A DNA stretch of 13,957 nt from Octopus sinensis (Eukaryota). This document shows positions 1 through 6,829 of this stretch, one piece after another. Position numbers and translations under genes: made by a program. Position 1 is the first letter of the stretch. Every line of letters begins with the position of its first letter. The notes under the pieces are model-generated. The model was not told where the DNA came from. It worked only from the letters and a program-made list of their open reading frames with translations, and made no database searches. Where the stretch lies: assembly GCF_006345805.1 (NCBI RefSeq), contig NW_021826004.1, positions 1 to 13,957 of the forward strand, given 5' to 3'.

Positions 1-32
1 ACATATATATATATATATTATATATATATATA
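1..32. repeat. (TA)n microsatellite
   Basis: Direct read: nearly pure TA dinucleotides up to the SINE head at 33. Confidence 0.95.
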
Positions 33-72
33 GGCGCAGGAGTGACTGTGTGGTAAGTAGCTTGTTTACCAA
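33..72 (+). mobile_element. SINE family A, isolated 5' head (A-box region, 40 bp)
   Basis: GGCGCAGGAGTGACTGTGTGGTAAGTAGCTTGTTTACCAA matches the reverse complement of the heads of the minus-strand copies ending at 10439 and 7291. The match stops abruptly at 72. Confidence 0.85.
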
Positions 73-300
73 GTCGGCGAGCTGACAGAAACGTTAGCAC
101 GCCGGGCGAAATGCGTAGTCGTATTTTGTCTGCTGCTACGTTCTGAGTTCAAATTCCGCCGAGGTCGACTTTGCCTTTCATCCTTTCGGGGTCGATAAAT
201 TAAGTACCAGTTACGCACTGGGGTCGATGTAATCGACTTAATCCGTTTGTCTTCCTTGTTTGTCCCCTCTATGTTTAGCCCCTTGTGGGTAATAAAGAAA
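73..300 (+). mobile_element. SINE family B, tRNA-derived, near full length
   Basis: tRNA-like head with a B-box (GAGTTCAAATTCC, 145-157). Central GCCTTTCATCCTTTCGGGGTCGATAAATTAAGTACCAG resembles, from memory, the conserved Meta-type SINE domain. A-rich end (AATAAAGAAA) runs into a microsatellite. Family name not verified. Confidence 0.8.
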
Positions 301-301
301 C

Positions 302-348
<47 letters not shown>

Positions 349-378
349 TATTTGTATGTACGTATGTATGTATATATA
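301..378. repeat. (TA)n/(CA)n/(TATG)n compound microsatellite
   Basis: Direct read. Confidence 0.9.
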
Positions 379-421
379 CTAGCAGAGATATTCGGACTTG
401 CTCGAAATTAAGATGGCATAG

Positions 422-698
422 TTTTTTTATTGTTTTCTTTGTTTCAGTCACGTAGCTGCAGCCATGCTGGGGCACCACCGTTCGTGGAAAAAATCGACCA
501 CAGGTTTTATTCTTTGTAAGCCTAGTACTTACTCTATCAATGCTTTTTACCGAACCACTAAATTATGGGAACGTAAACACAGCAACATCGGTTGTCAAGC
601 AATGGTGGGGGTACAAATGCAGACACACACATTCAAATATATACATATATGCGACAGTCTTCTTACAGTTTCCGTGTACGAAATCCATCCACAAGGCT
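422..698 (-). mobile_element. SINE family A, 5'-truncated, diverged copy
   Basis: Colinear with the copies at 6910-7291, 10023-10439 and 11237-11718 (GTTTCAGTCA...GCCATGCTGG...AAGCCTAGTACTTA...GTTGTCAAGC...CAGTTTCCG...CACAAGGCT). Homology ends at CACAAGGCT. Confidence 0.85.
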
Positions 699-1259
699 AA
701 AATATATCCATATCCATATCCGTATTTATATATTCAGCAAAAATTTAGATTCAGATGAATATGGTACTTAAGTTAAATGTACCAGAATTTGGTATGGTAT
801 TATCCATATAAATCAAATGGGGTGATTATAATCAAAATAAGCAGCAAGGATATCCAAAGGTAGTAATAGTACAATCGTTTCCTGCTACTTCATTTAATAA
901 AACAATGTAAGTATTACATCAGTTTTAAAGTGTAGAGCACTCTTAAGCCACATATGGAATTTTTAAAATTAAATTGACTATGTTCATTTTTATACTTATT
1001 CCATTTGCCAACATTACAAAGAGGGTAGATATATAGCGGTCACAGTACCCCACATGTTATTTCCATCTTTTCACTGTACTATAGTGATCGGTAGATAAAA
1101 TTAGGGTACTTGGGTGTACCTCTAGGCTTAATCAGAGAGTTTAGAAGAGTGTTTAAAAAGCTTTAGTGCACATATATTCTCATAATTGTTTAAAATAAAT
1201 AGACACAATATAATCTCTAACAGGGGTCCACCTCTGGATCCCCTCCCTTTCCTTCTTGT

Positions 1260-1262
<3 letters not shown>

Positions 1263-1323
<61 letters not shown>

Positions 1324-1396
1324 TATATGTATGTATGTATGTATGCTGCCTATCTGTCTGTCTGTCTATCTATATATCTATTTATCTAATTATCTG

Positions 1397-1473
<77 letters not shown>

Positions 1474-1542
1474 ATATTATATTATATTATATATTATTTA
1501 TTTATATATAATATTATATATTATATATATAATATATATATA
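1263..1542. repeat. Compound microsatellite (TA)n-(TATG)n-(TATC)n-(TA-rich)
   Basis: Direct read. It explains the ORF-track entries 1186-1389, 1256-1543 and 1299-1511. Confidence 0.95.
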
Positions 1543-1559
1543 ACCTCTCCTATATTGTT

Positions 1560-2340
1560 ATTTTCATTTCACTACATCCAATAATAAACCTGACCGTTCT
1601 TTTTCATATTTATACCCACAGAAAGTATTTACTATCTAAATCTGTAATATTAACAACCTTTCTGTTTTTATTATCTTTTACGTTATATTTAATACATACA
1701 AACAAATATTACTTCTTACACTAACACAACATTTTTTCTCTCTTTAAGCATTTCTACCCCTTTAAAATTTGTTTACGTTACATTTCCAGCAGCCCTTTAT
1801 GCACTATATCCTCTACTCAAGTACACATTTTTTAAAAATACACACCACACTTAGTATTGTTTCTAACAGTCAGGGCATATCCTAATTCAAATACAACTAT
1901 GCTTTTCCATTGGACATTTCTATACAACTTTCTTTACATATACGACTTGGAGTTAGAATTACTTATCTCCTTAATCTTCTATAGAATGAACGTCTCATAA
2001 AACCTTTTCCACTTATATTTTTCAAATAACCGTTAGTTGCCTTAGTTATAGTGTATACCTAACTAAACTCATATTTCTTCTTTCTTTCTCATAAGGATAA
2101 ATATGAATACCTATACTCTGCTATTTCCTTTATCAAGTCCTTTGTAATAATTTCTTGCTTATACTTCTTGCACTGAAGAGAACAGTGATATATAATTAAT
2201 TTAATTTAATTTAATTATTTCTGTCCAACCATGAATGAAAATTCTTTTACATTTTAACATCTCTTCTCCATTCTCGATAATTTTTTTGAGTTTTATGGGA
2301 TTCCTTTCCATAAATTTACATAACACACCATATGCAACTA
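1560..2340 (-). mobile_element. Possible highly decayed non-LTR retrotransposon (L1/Tx1-like ORF2 C-terminus)
   Basis: A-rich minus strand. Broken frames give YKWKRFYETF, VQWK...YALTVRNNTKC...CT*VEDIVH and SKYFLWV*I*KRTVRF, which resemble the zf-RVT region and the following KY.IW..R motif. Many stops; manual pattern match only. Confidence 0.3.
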
Positions 2341-2477
2341 TTATTTTCATATTCGCAAACTTACGCTAGTGTGCTACCAGCAAAATCTGAAGAATGTATA
2401 TTAGAAATCATTTTGGGATTCTCCAAATTAAAGGACGAAATATAATTCAACCTTTATACAAACACACGCACACACAT

Positions 2478-2657
2478 GTACTTGCATAGCAAGTGACCTG
2501 AGCTGAGATCGTATGCTGAAACAAAAGAAATTGCAGCGTGGAAGGTTTTTTTATATGCCATTTAAAAACACACACAAAACCCGTTAGATTCACTTCAACA
2601 TTTAAATTTAATTTACCAAAATATTTTCGTAGCTTTGAGACCGCGACCTGTTCAATG
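2478..2657 (-). repeat. Interspersed repeat, probable PLE pLTR-type fragment with a degenerate hammerhead-like motif
   Basis: Minus strand 2657->2612 reads CA-TTGAACA-G-GTCGC-GGTCTCAAA-GCTAC-GAAA-ATAT-TT-TGG, giving a stem II (4 of 5 pairs), GAAA and a palindromic AATATT. The block also resembles, from memory only, a common octopus repeat. Confidence 0.4.
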
Positions 2658-2769
2658 TGTGGAGAGATACTGACCTTGATGGGCAGAAATCTTGTCGAAG
2701 CACGGCGCTCAGCTGATGATTGCAGCCGGACGAGAGGTGGAGCATTCTGTGTTTTCTTCTACATATGCA

Positions 2770-2772
<3 letters not shown>

Positions 2773-2809
<37 letters not shown>
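2773..2809. repeat. (TA)n microsatellite abutting the left arm of the PLE
   Basis: Direct read. Confidence 0.95.
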
Positions 2810-2812
<3 letters not shown>

Positions 2813-3034
2813 AATAGTAAAAAGTGAAAAAAATACAGAAGGCTTGTTTTAAAAGTTTAAAAATATTATTTGAGTCAATATGTCTGAAGAATGTTATAAA
2901 TTTTTTTCATACAATGACATAGTATAGAAGAAATGACCGGTTTCGCGTTCAGCTTTTCAAATTTCTTAAAACGTTATGTTTACGTTGAGCGCTGATCGAG
3001 ATAATAAGTGATTTCTTCCGGTTTAAGGGAGATA
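2810..3034 (-). repeat. Left inverted arm (3' pLTR in element-sense orientation)
   Basis: Reverse complement of 4010-4236. By manual alignment: 4 substitutions and 2 single-base indels outside the junction hexamer; 2867-3016 is identical to the reverse complement of 4028-4177. Confidence 0.97.
2928..2967 (-). ncRNA. Minimal type I hammerhead ribozyme (U3-A8 variant), element-sense copy
   Basis: Minus strand: AAGAAAU / UUGAAAA / GC-UGAAC-GC / GAAAC-CG-GUC / AUUUCUU. This gives a 7-bp stem I, a core with C3U plus G8A, a 2-bp stem II, a 2-bp stem III containing the palindrome ACCGGU, and a GUC cleavage triplet. Confidence 0.85.
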
Positions 3035-3045
3035 ATCTCTTAAAA

Positions 3046-4015
3046 TTATTTGCCTTTCTTTTGGATTGAGTTTCTCTGTATAAGTATGTTGGAATGGTTA
3101 AGTTTGGGCTTGTATTTTTCAATGAAGAATGTTTCCTTGTTTAGTCTAATTTGTGTTGGTGTTCCGATAGCACATTGGTAGAATGGAAAGATTAGAAATT
3201 GTGGTAGTAGTTGCTTTGCGCATTTCTCAATGTGCTCACTAAAGGGTATCGTTCTGTATTCTGGGAATGCAATCTGTTGTCGATGCAGTGTGCATCTACG
3301 CCTGAGTGATAGTCCCGTGGATTCCACGTAGTCTTGGTGGCAGCCCAAGCATTTTATGACATAAATTATGTTTTCAGAGGCACAAGTAAAATTAGATTTG
3401 ATCTTGAATTTCTGTCCCTCTTTGAAGAGGAATTCTGATCCTTCTAGCAGGTTTGGACATGTTGCAACATTCGGTCTACCACATTTTTTTTACTTTTGCA
3501 TCCGTAATTTCAGAAAACAATTATGCCTTTGTGAGAATCTTTTTAAGTGATTTAGGTTGTTTGTAGCTTTTTAATGATTTGGTGTATGTTTAGAATTTCC
3601 TTTAATTTGGGGTCCTTATGAAGTATTGGTAATTCTGGGTGATGATGGTGAAGGCTTCTTTGTTTCTGGGGTTGTATGTGGATATGTAAGGTAGTATTTT
3701 CGGGGAAGGTGTGTTGTTGTGTTGAACTTTTCTTAAAGTTTCTATGTTGATTTCTGTTGCACGTCTGATCCCATCCTCTATGAGTTGAGCTGGGTAATGT
3801 CTGTCAATTAGGGTGTTTTTGAGTTCTTGCAGTCGAAAGTTCCTGGTATTTTGTTCTGAGACTATTGTGCATATCCTTCATGCAAGGTTGAAGGGGATGT
3901 TTGTTTTAGTGTGTCTTGGGTAGCATGAATCAAAAAGAAGTTATTGTTTGGCGTCTGTGGCTTTGTAAAAGATGTCTGTTTCTATTTTAAGGTTAATTTT
4001 TTTAATTAGTATATC
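3046..4015 (-). pseudogene. PLE polyprotein remnant: RT motif 7/thumb, Cys-rich linker, GIY-YIG endonuclease
   Basis: Manual translation: DILIKKINLKIETDIFYKATDAKQ*LLFDSCYPRHTKTNIPFNLA*RICTIVS...ILPYISTYNPRN...SYKQPKSLKKIL...CGRPNVATC...FTCASENIIYVIKCLGCHQDYVESTGLSLRRRCTLHRQQI...SEHIEKC...IRLNKETFFIEKYKPKLN. Stops at 3941-3943, 3878-3880 and 3521-3523. Frameshifts near 3631, 3570 and 3487. YIG is YVE. Confidence 0.92.
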
Positions 4016-4234
4016 CCTTACACCGGGAGAAATCACTTATTATCTCGATCAGCGCTCAACGTAAACATAACGTTTTAAGAAATTTGAAAAGCTGAACGCG
4101 AAACCGGTCATTTCTTCTATACTATGTCATTGTATGAAAAAAATTTATAACATTCTTCAGACATATTGACTCAAATATATATTTTTTAACCTTTTAAAAC
4201 AAGCCTTCTGTAGTTTTTTCACTTTTTACTATTT

Positions 4235-4236
<2 letters not shown>
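4010..4236 (+). repeat. Right inverted arm (inverted pLTR at the 5'-truncation end)
   Basis: Reverse complement of 2810-3034. Confidence 0.97.
4077..4116 (+). ncRNA. Minimal type I hammerhead ribozyme (U3-A8 variant), inverted copy
   Basis: AAGAAAT(4077-83) TTGAAAA(4084-90) GCTGAACGC(4091-99) GAAAC(4100-04) CG GTC(4107-09) ATTTCTT(4110-16). Predicted cut after C4109. Identical to the 2928-2967 copy. Confidence 0.85.
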
Positions 4237-4270
<34 letters not shown>

Positions 4271-4408
4271 CATACATACATACATACATATATAAATATA
4301 TATATATATACACATACATATACATATACATATATATACATATACATATATATATATACACACATATATATACATAAATATATACATATGTGTGTGTATA
4401 TATTTGCA
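4237..4408. repeat. (TC)7-(TA)n-(TACA)n compound microsatellite
   Basis: Direct read. Confidence 0.93.
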
Positions 4409-4609
4409 TGTTTGTGCTTGTCTCCCCACCATCGCTCGACAACCGTATGCTGGTGTGCTTACGTCCCCGTAATCTAGCGGTTCGGCAATAGAGACCGATA
4501 GGATAAGTACTAGGCTTACTAAAAATAAGTCTTGGGTCGATTTGTTCGACTAAAGGCGGTGCTTCAGAATGGCCGCAGTCAAATGACTGAAAAAACAGAA
4601 TAAAAGAAT
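4409..4609 (+). mobile_element. SINE family A, 3' half only
   Basis: Reverse complement of the 3' halves at 10023-10177 and 11237-11443 (ACGTCCCCGTAA..AGCGGTTCGGC..TAAGTACTAGGCTT..GGTCGATTTG..ATGGCCGCAGTCAAATGACTGAAA), with an A-rich tail. Confidence 0.88.
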
Positions 4610-4630
4610 GCACACACACCACACACACAC

Positions 4631-4669
<39 letters not shown>

Positions 4670-4802
4670 ATATATGTATATATATAGATATATATATATA
4701 TATATATATGTATATATTATATATATATATTATATATTAATAATATGTATATATATATATATATATTAATATATATAATATTATATATATATATTATATT
4801 TG
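4610..4802. repeat. (CA)n-(TA)n microsatellite
   Basis: Direct read. Confidence 0.93.
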
Positions 4803-4963
4803 TATAGAAGGCATTATTACACATAAATGCCACACGTAAGAGGGACATAAGTCATTACTACCAAAATTTAACTAATCATCCCTAATGCAGCTTATGACGT
4901 TTTTCACGCTAACTACCTGATAATTTCTTGTTAAGATTCCTTATTAAGATTTTATCCTTATTG

Positions 4964-5036
<73 letters not shown>
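4964..5036. repeat. (TA)n-(TG)n microsatellite
   Basis: Direct read. Confidence 0.93.
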
Positions 5037-5037
<1 letters not shown>

Positions 5038-5219
5038 TTGCAAGATTATTCTTTGGTTTGTTACCAAACAATATTTCTTTTGGTGCTGTTGACACCACTG
5101 GATTGAATGGTACTGCCCTGGTGTCGAAACATAACGATATCCGCAGGGCTGCTGATGTATAATGGAAAGTATAATGGATTGTTGGTATGACTGGAAAAAT
5201 ATTATAACACATCCTTTTG

Positions 5220-5243
5220 ATATACATACATACATACATACAT

Positions 5244-5294
<51 letters not shown>

Positions 5295-5520
5295 GTATAT
5301 ATATATATGTATATATATCTATATCTATTTATCTATATATATTATATATATATATATATACATATATATATGTGTGTGTGTTTGTGTGTGTACATACACG
5401 CACATATATATCTTTACATATATGTGTATACTTATATATATTACATAGATATGCATGTATGCATGGATGCATACAGCTATACTTGTATACACGCTCGCAC
5501 ACACACACACAACTACATAT
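5220..5520. repeat. (TACA)n/(CA)n/(TA)n/(TG)n compound low-complexity tract
   Basis: Direct read. It explains the ORF-track entries 4909-5585. Confidence 0.9.
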
Positions 5521-6667
5521 ACAAATTAGATTTACCACCACAAAGTAATGATGTGAGTTGTGGCGTTATAGTGGCAGGCAAATAACAAACACCTGCAAAT
5601 TCTAAATAGATATGTTAAATATTTAGAACAACGAAACCGGACATAATGATTCAGCACTGTGGCCTTGTTTATTGTTGCCATTAAGATTCTCCATTAGATT
5701 ATTTAACTTTATACTTAATGAGTCAAAATGACTCGTGTATTCGTGTTTTTTTCTTAAATTAACTTAGACTACATAGTTACAATGACAAAAATATTACTTT
5801 AATATAATAATAATTCTTGAAGAGAACAGTTTGGAAATGTCTCTAACGTTAAGGCTATTGATATATTGATAGATTCAATAGATAAATTGATAACGTTTAT
5901 CATACTTAAGTGATTTCTGTTTTTATTGAATTTTTTATTCACAAATACGCAAACTCTTAATTTTATCATCTCTCGAATTCTCACTCGGTTTACATTTTAT
6001 GTATAGCGTTGAAATATGTATGAATGTATGGTAAACATAAGAACTTTTTTGGGGAAACGCACGTTTAGCCTTTAGATATTTAGAATTAAATGTTGTATAA
6101 AACTGCTTAAACTAGAAGTTATTTTCTTTGTGGCCTCGAGACAAGATATATTACAGAAGGTTTAACTCTTATTCATGCCTCTTCAGAGATAAACTTACTC
6201 GATCCTGATTGGAGATATAATAGTATTTCACAGTTATTTAATGTAAACGTATATTGGGAGAGAACTAGATGGACTTGTTAAATTTGTACGGTAGTGCAAA
6301 AGTTGGTAATCTGAATTAATAGATCAAGTGATTTCCAACGAGGTTTTAATTAAAGTTAAGAATTGACAGATCGATCTATTTGTCCATGGAAATGTAATAG
6401 GTGACATACTCGCGGCAGTTTATTTTTTCACTGCCAGTTGGACTATATGTTTATCAAAAACATAAGATCTTACACTATAATCTTACTTCTGATGCTGTGC
6501 TGTAATTCTATTAAATAATTAATTCAATCTCATTTATTTAAACACTTTAATCCAGCTTAACCTTCTATGCAGCCTTGGCTGCTTTTATTTGCTATAAAAC
6601 AAAATAAGTATAGTGGGCTTTGCGTTAATAAACAAGTACAAGACAGAGTACGCTAAGACTGCAACTC

Positions 6668-6829
6668 GTTGTTGCTGAGTTGTTGCACCTGCTGCTGTTG
6701 CTGCTACTGTTGTTGTTGCTGTTGTTGTTCTCGCAGGGGTTCTTGTTATTGTTGTCGTTACTGATACTTCAGATGGTATCTGTGTTGTTGGGAGGTTGAG
6801 TGTTATCGTTGTTATCGTTGTTGTTGTTT
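6668..6829. repeat. Degenerate (GTT)n/(GCT)n trinucleotide tract
   Basis: Direct read. Confidence 0.75.

Larger units (their letters stand above)
2810..4236 (-). mobile_element. Penelope-like retroelement (probably Neptune-type), 5'-truncated, with inverted pseudo-LTRs
   Basis: Decayed RT-thumb/linker/GIY-YIG frame flanked by ~225-bp inverted repeats that each contain a hammerhead motif. Both ends abut microsatellite. Confidence 0.93.

Noticed and set aside
73-160. tRNA gene call for the SINE heads
   Set aside because: Only A/B-box-like remnants are present. There is no complete cloverleaf and each head continues into a SINE body.
33-698. Twin-priming inversion linking the family A head (+) with the truncated family A body (-)
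   Set aside because: The head lies beyond the tail side of the minus-strand copy rather than at its truncation point, so the geometry does not fit.
1222-1244. GC-rich hairpin AGGGGTCCA-CCTC-TGGATCCCCT as a Helitron 3' end
   Set aside because: No CTRR terminus at the expected distance and no other Helitron hallmark.
2383-2413. AAAT-CTGAAGA-...-GAAA-TC-ATTT hammerhead-like string
   Set aside because: No credible stem II and no room for stem III, in very AT-rich context. Likely chance.
2720-2737. Canonical CTGATGA core motif
   Set aside because: No downstream GAAA or stem II pairing (GAGA follows) and no stems I or III.
2879-2930. CTGAAGA on the + strand of the left arm (and its mirror in the right arm)
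   Set aside because: No correctly placed GAAA or NUH, so it is not a second ribozyme.
3368-3550. 60-aa + strand ORF inside the PLE
   Set aside because: It is the antisense shadow of the PLE linker region and has no motif of its own.
2810-4236. Interpretation as a DNA transposon or MITE with long TIRs
   Set aside because: The internal sequence encodes PLE RT-thumb and GIY-YIG motifs, the arms carry PLE-type hammerheads, and there is no transposase or DNA-transposon TSD.
5632-5642. CGAAACCGGAC, resembling the ribozyme 3' half
   Set aside because: No upstream core and no UH cleavage site.
6590-6829. Minus-strand Thr-rich, mucin-like open frame with a hydrophobic end
   Set aside because: It arises from the AAC/AGC repeat, begins right after a stop with no ATG or clear acceptor, and the Gln frame has stops.
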